From the NCBI GenBank assembly GCA_000091205.1, contig AP006496.2: a stretch of DNA of 64,000 bases; one strand, written 5' to 3'. The notes beneath the pieces were generated by a model. The model was not told the origin of the DNA, searched no databases, and saw nothing but the letters and a program-made list of their open reading frames with translations. Shown piece by piece: positions 21,670 through 34,964 of the stretch; position 1 is the first letter of the stretch, and each line of letters begins with the position of its first letter. This stretch comes from Cyanidioschyzon merolae (taxonomy: Eukaryota). A program made the translations under genes and the position numbers.

Positions 21670-24600
21670 CTCGTTACGAGCCACCAGGTGACGAGCGCGT
21701 TCTACTTGCACCAATAAAGCTGCCCGCTGGATCGCGAGAATGGGCTCACGTGCTTGCCAGCTCGATGCAACGCATTGGAGACGCGCTTCAAGCCAGTTTG
21801 CAGCGCCCACATCAGCACCACCAGCGAGCCAGTCATGAGCGTAACGCTGAAGCACTGCTTCCAGGTCAGCGTGATCCCCGAGGATGCACTCGACATCCGC
21901 TACCGCATGGAGTTGCACCAACGCCGGATAGGTTCGCGCATATGACTCGAGAGCAGCGGTTGCAACAGTGTCGGATAACCCTGAGCGCGCTCGACGCAGC
22001 GTCTCTGAGAGCTGCGCTCCAGACTCATGGCCCGGTTGTTGTGCCTGGTGCAGCGCTTTGGCGATGTTTGCCAAGGCGGAGCGGGTACCTCGGGCGGCGG
22101 GGTCCTCAACGGACGCACTCAGGGTTTCGAGCGCATCCCAGCGACCAAGCCGCAGTGCTGCCTCAATGCCCAGGTCAGCGACAGCACTGCGCTCTGGATG
22201 TGTCAGAATCGGATGGAGCATCGTTTCCCAGAGGCCGAGCGTCATCAGACTCTGGAGGTAGCCGCGCATTGCAGCGAGGTCTGTGGGAAACGCCCGCAGT
22301 CCCCGCTCATAGCCGATAAGCGCTTCTTCGGTTGCGTGGTATGCTTCGGCATCTAGGGTGAATGACTCCCAGTCCACGAATGCGGATGAAGACGACGGCG
22401 AAGAGAGGCCTTGTTCGTAGCCATTAGCGGCCGTCCCAGGGAGCAGCGATGGCGAGGCGTCCGGGGTGCGCCCGCCCGAAGCCACCACCACCGGTGCTCG
22501 GCGAGTGGTGATCGCTTGCATGGCATCCAGATCACCTAGTTCTCGATAGAGACGCTGCAGGACGCGTCGCTGTGACTCGGAACAAGAACCGGTACACTGG
22601 TCGAGGTACAGTAATGCGCGATGCAGGGCACCGCTCGTGAGTGCTGCACGAGCGAGCAGTGCTGCAGGTAAAGCGCGCTCCAGAGCATTGAAGGGACAGA
22701 TGTGCTCGGGTTGTTGTGCAGCCGCCGCCGCCAAGGCCGCGTACTCGCAGGTGGCTAATGCACATGGATCCAGGCCCCGAACTCGGCTCATCCAGTCGTG
22801 ATCACGCTGTTCCGCCAGACGATCGAGGAGCAGGAACACCAACTGAATCGCCTCCGTCAGGTCGCTGGACAGTACTGCCACCAGATGCGATCGGAGGAAG
22901 GCGCTTATCCTGGTGATCCAGTGCTTTGATCTGTTCGCCTTTGTAGCTGCTGCTGCTGTTGCATGTGTATGGCCTCCGGTAAGCGGCAGTGAATCTGGCG
23001 CTGCAGTCGTCTGGTGCTGTGCAGACGCATCTCGAGGCGCGCTCAATGCAGCTAGTGCTTCAGGTGCGGTTGCGCTTGGCTCGACGTCCAGGTCGGATAT
23101 CGCCAGCTGTGTGTCCATGTTGATGCTATCGAGATCACTAGCGATCTGGAGCATCGTCTGTACGAGGTAGGGTAGCAAGTAGATCGCGGTATGCTGATCG
23201 TGGCCTGTGAGCGTACGGCACGCGCGAAAGAGGCCCCACCAGCACCGGTACTTGCGACTCAGGGTAGCATTTGGGGTAGGGCTACCAGTCGGCGCTATAG
23301 CAGCTGCTGCTTCTGGCTTTTGTTTCGTGCCAGCTGCGGACACCGACTCGGGAACTGCCCCCGTCGAGGATGTAGCGCTTGTTACGCCTGTTGATCCTGT
23401 GCTTGGTATCGCTTCTGGTGCTGCTGGCTCCATGCCGGCTGCAGCGACAGTCGATGCTTCCGGGCCGATTCCGGAATCCATTCGCATGTCGTCGGAATGG
23501 ATGAAGGTTACGTCCACTGCACACATCACTTGATCCAGCACGTCGACAAGATGCACTGCAAAGCCGCAGATCCACTGAGCAGCACTCTTGCCTGGTGCTA
23601 CGGCACAGCGAGCACACGCTGCTCGGGACGTTGCGGGGGATGCGGTGCACTCCATGGAAGCCGGCACCGCGTCACTTGATGCAGCAGCATGTGCTTCGGT
23701 ATTTGTATGCTTGAGGAGCGTTGCTGCTGGCGCACCTGTTTCGACTGTTGTTCCCGATGAGGTGCAGGGCAATAGCGACGCTGCGACGCCCTGATTTTCA
23801 CGACCGATCGTTTCACTGCTCGTTTTCCGCTGTGCGACTGTTCTTAAAATATAGCGGGAGTACAGGAATGGGCGGATAATTTGGCGCGTGTGTTCGGAAA
23901 GAGCTCGCCAGAAGGCACGCTGCTGGATGCGCTCCTCCGTGGACCGTGTTTGTGGACGCTTCGGTGACGACGACGGCGAAGTCGGCAGAGGATGCGCGGT
24001 GCTGGTGATATCGGTGGTATCTTCGAGACTCAGCGCCAATCGCAGGACCTCTTGGATGACAAAACCGATCCGATTCTGCCACTCACGTGCTTGTGCAGAC
24101 TCCACTCGACGCAGTGCCGGGATGAGGCATTGCTCCAGCAGCGTCGGAATGACGACTTGATCGAGTAGGGACTCGCCTTCAGAGCCAGACGACTGCGACA
24201 CGACTGCATGCTGCTGTAACGACGGCAGTGATAGCGGTGGCGGTTGGCGGTGCTCCAGCGAGAGGCGGGCAGGGTCGACCGCCCCCAGGAGCGCCAGCGC
24301 CAGAAGCGCCTCATCGCGACAGTTGGCATCACCGTCGGTGACGGCGAGCAAGAGGCCCTCCTGAAGCAGCTCACTTACGAGCTGGGTACGCTGATGCAAG
24401 ACGATGTCAACGTACAACTGGTTGCGATACTGCCGGAGTACACTGGTGAGCTCTCGCAGAGCCAGCAAGCGTACCAGTCGACTGTGATGTTTTGTGGCGA
24501 TAGGTAAGAGGCGGATCAGCTGCTCTGCGGGTTGGCGCTGTTGCTTGCGCTCGTTCAGCAGCGTACGAATGGCGCCGAGTACTTCGTTTGTACGTGCTGG

Positions 24601-27519
24601 CGCCGGTCGGTGTGTATCTGGGCTGCTTTCACCGGTTGGGATCGACAAGGTTTGAAGCTCGCGCTCCGGACACAGTGTTGTTGTTGTTGTTGTTGCTGCT
24701 GCTGCTGCTGCTGCCGCCGACGCACAGGTCTCAGCAGGGTGCGCTGCCTCGAGAGGCGCACTATCAGCCCAGTTCGTTGGTCTCGCACTACTGGTGCTGT
24801 CAGCTGGAGGCAGGAAAATCTCATCGAGATAGGTGCTTTTGGCAGGTGACGCCGCACAAGCCCTAGTTAAATCCAGGAGTACTTGGGCCAGAGCGGGTTC
24901 ACCTTCCAGGTACGGTCCCAGCACAGCAAATGCCGTACCTAGGTGCGGTGCGGCGCGCTCCCAGCCCAGCTGCTCGAGGAACGTAACCCAGCACTGAATG
25001 ACCAACGCATGGAGTCGCAGGTCAGGGATCTCTAACGCATTCTTCAGCGTCGCCAGAACCTTGGGCACAAATAAATGAAGCTCTGGTGCGATGACCTTAA
25101 ACAGCAGGTCCAATATACGAATCGCCTGGTGATCCTGTCGCCTGAAGATGCGGCGATTCAAAGCGTCGAGGATCCGGAGAAGATCGTGCGCGATGAGCGT
25201 CACCGTGTCCCTGGCGTCAACCAGAATCGCCAACTCGTCGAGCGCGTCTCGAACAACCGCCTCCGGTCTGGTATCCAACGCTGTCAGAAGACGAAGGATA
25301 ACGCGTGTGGTATAGGTGCGAGCAATGTCATGAATCGTCGATCCGGTGTATGTTGCGAGCAGCGCAAAAGCCTTGTCGCGCTTGACTCGATTCGAGAGCA
25401 GCAGAGAATCGGCGAGAGCCTGGACTTGCTCTTCGATGCCCAGGGCTGCAGCTGCTGCCGATACGCGAGCCGAGAGTGCTTCCAAGTTACGCTCATGGAT
25501 GTGGCTGACGAGAAAAGCAAACGAACAACGATAAACAAATGTGAACACCGCGTCCGAGTCGGATAGCTGTAACCAGCTCTGCAAGAGATCTGCTAGCTCC
25601 TCGTGATGCAGCAGCTGGTGCAGCAGAAGCGGAAAGAGTCGCGGGCCCTGCTCACCGAGCAGTCGCGACACGTGGTGTGGGCTCGCAGTGCGCTCCAGCT
25701 CCCAGGAGATCTGATCTATGGCGGGTACTGTAACGCTCTGCGGACTTCGCCTCCGACGACGCCGTTCCAGGGTGCTCGCTTGCTCAATGAGCGCCGCCAA
25801 AGCCACGGTAGCCAGTCGCGAACAAGCGTTGCGAGCGATCACGCCGAGTGCTTGAATGAATCGCCAGTCACCAAGGGATGCATGCATGGCCTGGTCCAGC
25901 TCCTGGACGAGTACCATCACGACAGGAGCATGCTCATCGCCACAACAGTGTTGAATGAGTGTCGCGAGAACCCGCATGACGCAAGCTGTATCCGGCGACA
26001 GCGCTGCTGCCGGTGCTCGCCATGCCCACGAAATACATCTCGCCAGAAACGGAGCTAGACGCTCATCGAGAAGCATCCGCTGCGCAGCTGCACGTTCCTG
26101 GGTATGCAGGAGAAGCGCGAGCAAGCGCATCTGTGGCCAGCTTGGCTCTGCGAGGGTTATCGTCTTGTGAATGAGCGTGTCCACGACATCAGGCGGCATC
26201 TTACGGGGACGGATCGACCCGATGAGCTCTGCTGCGAACGTCAAATGATCCAGAATTCGTTCAGGGTCCACGTATGCGGCACCGGTTCCAGTGATGCAGA
26301 GCCATCGGGCGAGATGGGGCGCCAGGGCCGGATCCTGTCTGAGTTTTGCGACAAACTCACCGAATTGACGATGCTCGTCAGCGCTTTCAGGTTGGACTAG
26401 CCATGGAATGCAGGCTACAGTCGATACTGCGGATATCGTGTGATCAGCTGTAGATGCATTCTCCTGTGCAGCACGTGCAGCGACTGCAAGTCGAGCAGAA
26501 AACGGTGCATGTCTGCCGGCTGCAAATAACGCACCGTAGCGCGCAGCTGCTGGTCGTTCAGCGTCGATCGATGCCGCAAGGACTCGTCCAGCGATGACGG
26601 CAGTCTGGTCGGGGCCCTCGCATGTACGGAGGAGAAGCAGCAGCGCTGCGAGCAGTAGCCAGTGCTCGCCAGCGGCTGCTGCATCGATGTACTCGTTGAG
26701 CGTCTCCCGCCATCCGCTGCATTTGGACCGCTTCGGACCACTGCGTTCGCATTCGATGCTTATCGTGGACGCCGTGGGAGCCCGACTCCTGGTCGCCCGG
26801 GAATCAGGCGGAGCTTCATTGCTCTGCCCTTGAGGAATGCTCGATCCAGGATCGCAGAGGCTCTGGACCACAATCCACAGCGACTTTTCGATCTCCACTA
26901 TATAATGGAATGGGGAGCGCTGCATCACCTGTTGCAGAATGAGGAGCGCATCATCGCTGCATCCGGTCAGAGCGAGGATATACACGCGGTCGAGCCAGCG
27001 TCTCACATCCTCGGCACTGCTGAGTGCGCCGGTTGCGAGTTCCAGTTGCCAGACCCTAAGATCCTCTTGCTTGCGAAATGACGCGGCACGCTCCAGTTGA
27101 ACATGACCAAGAACATTACACCAGATGGTTTCCAGCTCGGGAGCTACGACTGTCTCGTGCCGATTTTTGTGCCAACGCTGAAAGAGCGCCTCCAGCGAGC
27201 GCCAGTCGGCGATCGTAGCGCGGCGAGCGAGCACCCATAACAACGGGGCCAAGACGCGACGTAGCGTCGCTTCAGATTCCAAAATATCGGCAATCTGTTC
27301 ACAGGAACGGCCAAGACTTGCTGGGAAGAATTCCACTGGACACTTACTCGCAGATTCACGCAAGACGGGCAGCGCAACCTGCTCCAGAGAGCTAGCGCCC
27401 GCTGTAGAGCCCGCTGTCTGCTTCTGCAAGGTCGAAAGCACGTGCTCTAATAAACTTGCAAGGTAGGTGCCCACCTGCTCGTTGCGAACACCAACTGAAG
27501 TCTCCAACGACGCTGCCAT
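18694..27519 (-). CDS. ATR: ATR/Mec1/Rad3-type PI3K-related checkpoint kinase (PIKK): long HEAT/FAT region, PI3K/PI4K catalytic domain and FATC tail. 2941 aa with no apparent introns.
   Basis: Catalytic block [94 protein letters not shown] aligns closely with human ATR ([37 protein letters not shown]...LMSVLKTFLHDPLVEW). The C-terminus ...NLARMYIWWLPHV resembles the ATR/Mec1 FATC tail (MYIGWxPFW). Confidence 0.92.
20521..20559. repeat. (CTG)n(TTG)n microsatellite inside ATR (antisense of CAG/CAA). A second (CTG)n tract lies at 20647..20675.
   Basis: gctgctgctgctgctgttgttgttgttgttg read directly. Confidence 0.85.
21633..21667. repeat. (GCA)n microsatellite inside ATR, encoding a poly-Ala run on the coding strand
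   Basis: cagcagcagcagcagcagcagcagcagcagcagc read directly. Confidence 0.85.
24675..24718. repeat. (TGT)n(TGC)n microsatellite inside ATR, encoding poly-Ala/poly-Thr on the coding strand
   Basis: tgttgttgttgttgttgttgctgctgctgctgctgctgc read directly. Confidence 0.85.
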
Positions 27520-29485
27520 GAATAGGTTACCCTGGTATCAACGGACGCGTCCAAGGAGGCCTATGGCGTCACAGAGCTTCCCCAGAGGCAGCGTTTCTCC
27601 CCCCGTGGAAGCAACCCGAACAGACGCGAGTCCGTGCCGCTCCGACTCGTTTCGCGCCATGGATCGAGCGCTCGCATGTGAGGCATCGATGGCTGGGAAT
27701 GAATAGGGAGGATATTGTATTTGATTGTATAATGGTGGACTCTGAGGACAGTGCATGCATGATCGCGAACGGCAGCGGCACATGCGCACGCATTCGCGTT
27801 CCTTGAATGAAGTTCGAGGATGGAGGAGCTCGTACGGCACCACAACGTTGTTTTGTCTGGCGTACAGCAAGTATGGCTGTGGCGCAGTTGTCGTTGTGGC
27901 GGGCCCGCTGCTCTACGGATCGGTGGATAATGCGAACGGCCAGTCTTGGTGGGAAGGCTGCTCTGTCTTCAGGGGAGCTCCGAAGCGTCGGGAGCTGAAC
28001 GAAGATCGCTCTCGCTGACTGCGGATACAAACTGATTAGAACAAGTTCGGAACGAGTACACTGTGCAAACAAGGACGTACACCCAAAGGTTTTCGTGTAT
28101 TCCTACTGTCGCCAGCAGAAGACCTTGCGGGCGTTTTCTACGACTGCTCCTTTTCTGTCTCTGTGATCTCGGGGTTTCAAATCGCTGGGCACTCCTTTCG
28201 TTCCAGCCTTCTTGGTTACAGTCGAAGGACGTTAATGACAGCGGTTGTGTACTGATTTCGTTGTTCCAGGATGTCGCGGGCGCAGGTAATTCCCATCGTT
28301 TTCGGACGCAGCCTTTGTGCGCACGCCGCAGTGGTTGCGCTTCACTGTGGTAAAGCGTTCCCGGATGCGCGCTGCATTTTCTCCTCCGAGGGCCGAGGCC
28401 TGCCCTGTGGCGCGTCAAGGCAGGCTTTATCGCTCGGTACACGCCCTTGGTGGATGCAGAAGGCACGGTTCGATGCCCTGCTCCGTTGCCGTGCCCGCTG
28501 CCTTACCCGATCATCGTGGGCTTCTTCTGGGCGATATCCTCGGCGAGTACGCTGTCCTCTAGATGCACAGGCGTGCGCTAATCAGCTCAATAGCTCAACA
28601 TCCGCTTCCTAGCGCGCCTTTTGTTTTCTGCAGACGCCGCCCAGAAAACTTGTCGATGGGCGCAACACGCCTCAAGATACGTAAGCCAGTCTTCGGTATT
28701 GTATCCACGTGTACAAGTCGACTGCGATAATTCAGCCGCAGCTTTTGGTACATTCGTCTGTTTCGCTCGCAGGCTTATCGGAATATGCTTTCAATTCGCA
28801 CACTCTGCTGAGACGAAGATAAGAGGCGTGCGAGTAGAAGCTACCGCTGTGGCGGGAAGGCGCAGGGCTCGAACCTCGTGCCTCCAGAGCATCGGCGATA
28901 ACCACAGGGAGGTTGCAATGCGCTTTGGGGCTCACGGAAAGCGCAAGTGTTGAGGTTCGCGCTCCGTGGGTCCAGGCTGATGCAGATCGCATTGGGGAGC
29001 ACCTTCTCGCGGCCATGCATCGGTGTTGATCGTTGTTCCGCCGCGTAAGACCTCAGATATTGAGCAGGGCTTGGTTTGAGCGCTGACGATGGTGTGAAGC
29101 ATGTGTATGACGTTCGAAGTTGAAGTTGAAGTTGATGATGATGATGATGATGCTGGATGCGCGAACGCTGTCAGTCTCGTTGAAAGTCACCATGTGTTTT
29201 CGTCGTGGAGCAAACCTTGCTTTCCACCTCTCTTCCTTCACAATCACATTTATCGATCACGAGAGAGGTATCATGATGCTGTCGAATGCACTCGCATCGA
29301 TGCCAGAGACGCAGGAGTTTGTGCACCGAACGGAATCGAGCATTTGGCGTGCGAAGTTTTAGTGAACGCGCCGCATAAATATGGAATAAATTCGTCAAGG
29401 TTCGAGCTCGCTTATTCTCCCTCGTCAATAATGCGGCACGAAAAGCCTGTCTCATGAGATACCTTGAATCAGGGAGATCGAAAAC

Positions 29486-29704
29486 GTGAAGCGTGCGAGA
29501 TTCGAGCTCGCCATACGTAACAAAGGAGCAGCATGGAGGCTTGAACGCCTATATTGGATAATGATATCGGTGATGTTGCGAACTCTGGTTCGGGACGTCG
29601 TGATTCATCTTGATTTCGGTGTCGCAAAGCATACCAGTAGCAGAGCGCTGGGAAAGCCTCCGAAATCACGCCCGAGAATCCTAAAACCACGTTTGAATCT
29701 GTAA
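29486..29704 (+). repeat. Family 3 degenerate element, second copy, upstream of the BRAWNIN-like small ORF
   Basis: See 16028..16243. Confidence 0.4.
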
Positions 29705-29977
29705 GTGCTCATTGCTGCGTTGGGAGTGTCGAGACAGTGCATCGAAAGCAAGTTCAAAAAACTATTCTCAATCCAGGAGCAAAGCGAGCAGTTTAATGCT
29801 CTATTTTCATGTCAATCGGGTGCAGCGCTCACGCAGCAGGAGCATTACGATACCCGGCGCATCGATGCCGTTGTGAAGGAGAGAAGAACCTTGCACAAAC
29901 TTGGATGGCGTATGCGCATCCAACAATTCATGAGCTCCTTCGCTCCCGCATGCCGTAAACTGTTGCCGTCGACGGGT

Positions 29978-30184
29978 ATGCCCGGTGTCGGCTGGCGAGA
30001 GTACGTGATCCTCTACGGTGCTGCGTTCAGTTCGCTTCTTGCGGGAGCTTCTCTTGTGCATAACTGGTTGCGCCCAGACTTGACCCTGCCGAACCTGGCG
30101 GCAACAGTGACCCGAGACGCTGCTGGAGCCGTCAAGCGGACGCGGGCCCAGGAACCTCGGGCTGACACAAACGTGACGCCGTGA
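29978..30184 (+). CDS. Small (68 aa) single-pass membrane protein resembling BRAWNIN/UQCC6 (C12orf73-like respiratory complex III assembly factor)
   Basis: The internal ATG of ORF 29705..30184 gives MPGVGWREYVILYGAAFSSLLAGASLVHNWLRPDLTLPNL... The pattern MP.GV..Y......A.SLLAG...VH...RPDLT.P matches the N-terminal TM segment of BRAWNIN recalled from memory. Assignment rests on one short motif. Confidence 0.45.
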   Translation: MPGVGWREYVILYGAAFSSLLAGASLVHNWLRPDLTLPNLAATVTRDAAGAVKRTRAQEPRADTNVTP

Positions 30185-33100
30185 GGTGCGTCTCCCAGCG
30201 ACAGCGACCGGCGTGAGGGATTCAAGCTGTCACCAGGTCGTGTGCGAAAACAAGTTCTCGAAACAAGCGGAGGTCTAGCGTTCGGTTTTGGGCGCGGAAA
30301 CTATGTGTTTCGGCATGCGCCCAACTGTATTCAGGACTAGCGAAGGACGAAACATTAGAATCGTTCATGAATCGCCGAGGTGAATCGCGTTCGATGAACG
30401 TGGAGAGTGGTCTGGACTTTGCGGACTGCTGAACCGTATCATACTCGTGCTTTGGTACCAGCCGGACTCCAATGCATGCTCTCTTGGCCACTGGTTTTCT
30501 ATCAGAAATATTCTTCGTTTCAGTACCATACCCCCGCTGGGCACGAAACGATATCCCGGAACGGACTTTCGACATAGAGCCGTTGGACGATATAAACCAC
30601 GAGATATTTCCGAACGTTGACTGAAGCGTTCAAGTCTCTGTTCAGTACGCGCTTCCGCGCATTGTCGCTGGTGGAATCACACCGCAGCAATGCGCTCATC
30701 TTCCATTACCTCGCCATCTGACACTCGGTTAACGTATCGTACAGCATCTCGTAGAACTGTCTCTGTTTCACGCTCTTCTTGTCTACCGGTTTCAGCGTGC
30801 ATGTGTCGAGATGACGCGTATGTCTCGTCCTGAACTGATTCGCGAGCATCGTACGGAATCGATTCCTGCGTTCGTTGCACGCTGCCGTCGAGAGAGCAGG
30901 ACTACAGCCCTTGCTCTGGAAAGCGAGCCCAGTGTCATCGGATACCCGAAGAACGACGCGACTTGTCGACCGTTTCCATTCTCAACGCATCCAACAAGTT
31001 GGCGAATGCATGGTTCTTGCTTCCGTAGAATAGAAACGACTGGCGACCTCAGCGCGCGGTCTGTTGTACCGTGTGCCAACCATCGATCGCATGAGCCGCT
31101 TGGACGCTGCTGTGCACTCAGCATGAAGTGTACAAAGCGTCCTGCTCTGCTCGATACGGTGCAGAGGGTGTGGTGACGGGTCCTGACGCAATCCATCCAT
31201 TTGCTGGTGTGCATTCTGATGTCTATGATGCCCGACGTGCGCTTATACCGAGCACTGGAAAAGTTTCGCAGATGCATTCACTTCCGATTGGGTCGTTGTC
31301 TCCGTCGTCTCGACTGACTGACACATCGACGGGCGTGACGTCCCTCATTCGGACGTCGACGACGACCAACAAATCTTTCTCTTGACCTGCCTTGGACGGT
31401 TGAAAATGAGTCTCATTGCGCGACTCTGAACCAGGTTTTGCAAAGTGCATGCAGATGGATGTTGCGGCGTCGTCCGTGCTCGAGACAGTTTTTCTCCACG
31501 CTCTACTGGTAAACGAGAATCCTTGAACGAGCTTCGCCAATGCGCCACGTCGCGTTGGTCGAATGCTGGTTGCTTGCACACAGAAACCAGCTATTGATCG
31601 CTGAAGAGGTCGTACATTACCGTGCACAATTGTCTTTGGTGATAGCATATGCCTTGGAATGACTGATCGCGATCATGACGTATAGACGCTAGAGGAGACA
31701 CCGATGCTGGGATTCGGGGAGCGAGTCTGCATTGGCCTGGACGGCACTGTTCCCGAAAACGCAGTAATGCGAGATGTATGCAAGGCAGGCATCACGTTTC
31801 CGTCACAATTTGGATATGACGTGGGTTGGTCCAAGGCCCAGAGAGCAACACGACAACCTTGGACGATCTGGAAGGACGCCTGCTCGTGTTGCGATATCTT
31901 TTGCGAGTGCGCCAGCGCTTCGAACGCGTATGTCACCAGCTCAACATATGCCTCCATCGACACCGCGAGTATCCCTTCTGTCAGTGTCCAATGATCCCGG
32001 CCAGTGAGATGAGTCTACTAGGGGTAAAAAGCCCACAGGGCGTGCCCCGTGAAGCGCTCCACATTGGCTCGCATATGCTTTTGGTTTTCAGAATGCTTCG
32101 ATACTTTGTCGCATCTATCCTGCGGTTAGGACGGTCACAGACGTGGCAACGCGACGCGACAAGGCATTCTGGCACGTGTGTGTTTTTTTTTGCGATCCCT
32201 GCTCCGACGATCACGCCATTCTGCATCCTCTGCCCGGGGTATATGTTGTGTCGTCGTACGAAGGTTTGATCGAAGAATTCCACAGGAGCGAGGACAACTG
32301 GCACCTATGCGTACGGATCTCGTGAGGAAACTTCCTCGACGAGGTGCGTCAAGACGTGCAAAGCGAGGTAAACCCTCGTCAACGGACAAACCGAGCGATC
32401 TCCAATAGCGTCCGGCATATCTTTTTGGAAGATTTGTCCTGGCGCTACGTCCTCGTAGAAAAGCTTTTACAACGGTTTCAGGTTGATCTCCCGGCTCGGA
32501 AAGTTTCTCGTTTCGGTACCTTCTCGTCCTCTTTTCGGGAGGATTTCTCCTTTTCATCCGATGACTCCTTCTCCATTTCGTTTCTTTCGCGATGTGGCAT
32601 GGATGCGATTGTTGTACTCCATACCTGGTTTCTGTCGGGATTCAGATGCGCTGGATTACGGGTGATACCAGGATCCGCATTCTCTATGTATGTATCTACT
32701 ATTCCTCAGATAACTTTTGGTGAACTTCTCCGTCGCGAGCTTCTCTGCAGGCCGACAAAGGCATTGCCACCACCCGATGCGCACGAACTGTAGCGTCACA
32801 GCGCAGTTGAGGGCCGGTCAAGGTAGAGAACTACCTGCCAAGCAGCAATTCATCGAAAACCTTTCGTTTCACGGATGCAAACGACTCGTCTAGCGTTTCA
32901 TGGCCGTAACTACGGTATCAAACAGCAGAGAAGACGCTTTCGTCTGGATTGAATCAGGGGAACACGACGACGCGAAGAGCAACAGAACACCAATCATAGC
33001 TGCGTACTCCTTTATTGCTTTGGTTGATCCAAAGCGAAGTTCTCTAATAGGTGGACAGAGGAATGCGGGAAGAGGAAGCTACGAAGAGTGCCAACACGAG

Positions 33101-34964
33101 GGTTAAGATGCTGAAGGATCCTGACCGTTTGGCGATGTTTGGGCGACCAGACCAGGGCGTCGCCGTATGGCTGACGTTGTCGTCATACTCGCTTCTCGCT
33201 TCTATGCGAGCACCAGCTTAGTCCTCTCTGCGCACTCGCATACAGATCTACCATTTCTCCCAAATAAAGCCTCATGAATGTAGGTGAACACCTGGCCCTC
33301 CAGTGCCAAGCGTTCGCATTTCACCAGGATATCGATCGTGCGTTATTCAACGCGTGACGCGTCTAGCGTAGAAATCTGTGTTGTTCTCGGTCCGATAGGG
33401 TGTCTTCATCACTGTCCGCAATAGCGGTCCGGATGCTTCACATCCTGTGGCTTCTTCTATAGTGCTTCCTGGGGAAATCAAGGCATGGATTGGATTGACG
33501 AGAACATAGTCGTTCAGATAGGGTTCGCCAGGTTCTGTCGTGGACGCAAAATGTTAATATTAGGGATCAGGAGAGCGGCGGCTCACCTAGCCGATGAACT
33601 ATGAACGACTGATTGATGAATGAGCGACCGTTTGAGGCATGCTAGCAGCGACAAAGTCAAGTCTTTATGGCACCTTCCTTCAATCTGCAGGTTACATTCT
33701 TTTTGTTGAATAGATACGAAAAAAATAAACAAAAATAAAAACAGGTGTGTGAGTACGGGTGTTCCAGAACCCACTGCTCAGAGTCTAACGTCTCCGGATT
33801 TCGCAGCAGAGCGCATGAGGTAGCGTGCACCCTCGGGCCCATTTCCTCGGTAACGATCATGACCTGAATAGGCGGCAAGCGTCGCAGAGCTTCGGTGCGC
33901 AGTGGCAGTGGGTCGCAAGCTCTGCGTTTACAGAGCATGCATCCAGCTTCAAAACGTTGAATGCCGGTCAGTTTTTCTGGATTTTCACCACGTCGCTCTC
34001 GCTTAACATAGACTGGAGGGAAGGAATTCGTCGACGTGGCGTACCGCGTGCACGACATAGCGTCAGCGGGGCTTTGCATTGCGCACTGCAGAGCCGGCTC
34101 TTCGGGCACCTATTTCGCTTCCACGAACTGCGTCATTCGTGCGACCGGGTTGGCGTCGAGGGCGCGCTCGCTTTCGAAACCCCATGGTTTCGAGCCGCTC
34201 GCGAGAAGCGACAGCTCGGTGAGCACACTCTAAAAGACCGCTGTTGCAACGAGACGGGTCGGTTTCCTTTGAAAACTTCACGGCACTGGGTCGTCAACAC
34301 GCGTACAGCCGGGGCTCTGGGTTACGGCACTGAGGTAAAACCTGTGACTTGCATATGGTCGACGTATTTGATCCCTGATCCAGATCCATAAAACTGTGTA
34401 ATCCAGGACGTAGTACTCCCGTTCCAGAAGAGCCCCGCAACTCCACTTTCAGAGAGCGATGCAACCAAACACCGCGCCGCTGCATACCGTTAACCTAGCA
34501 GGCTCCTTCGTTAACGAGGCACCAAAAAGGCAAAGACGAGCACCGCCACAGAGTCCCAGAGACTCTATGCAATATCTCTTGCCTCCAAGCGCAAGGCTAG
34601 GGGGGCTTGAGAACGCCCGAACAACGGCGTGCAGGGTCCATTGCCCCAGACAAACACGTGCCCGCAAAATCCGGTCCCAATAATAGACACAACGTGATAG
34701 CGTCAGTGCAATGTACAATGTATGGAGGCTTGAGTCCGCCAGTCGGAAACCGCATACATTGCCAGAAGAGCCTACGTGTTTCCGTGAGCAGTTGGTGCAC
34801 CGCCTGCGATACGAGGCGCGCCGATGCCCACTCGAAGCGCGCGCGCGCGCGCAGGCACGCCGCCTCGTCTGATAAGAGACTCTTCGTCGTCTGCCGCGGC
34901 TTTGTTGAGTGTTATTCTCCTGTACGCAGCTCTTGCTCCAGTGGGTACAGGCGCGACGCATACC

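Noticed and set aside
18811-26741. Numerous 60-330 aa ORFs on the + strand overlapping the ATR gene (for example 21312..22319, 19398..19907, 25075..25566). Similar ORFs lie antisense to the RSH gene (46720..47547), the ADP/ATP carrier (51801..52817) and PFK-2 (53981..54847).
   Set aside because: High GC content suppresses stop codons on the non-coding strand. These ORFs have no recognisable motifs and lie entirely antisense to strongly conserved genes, so I treat them as spurious.
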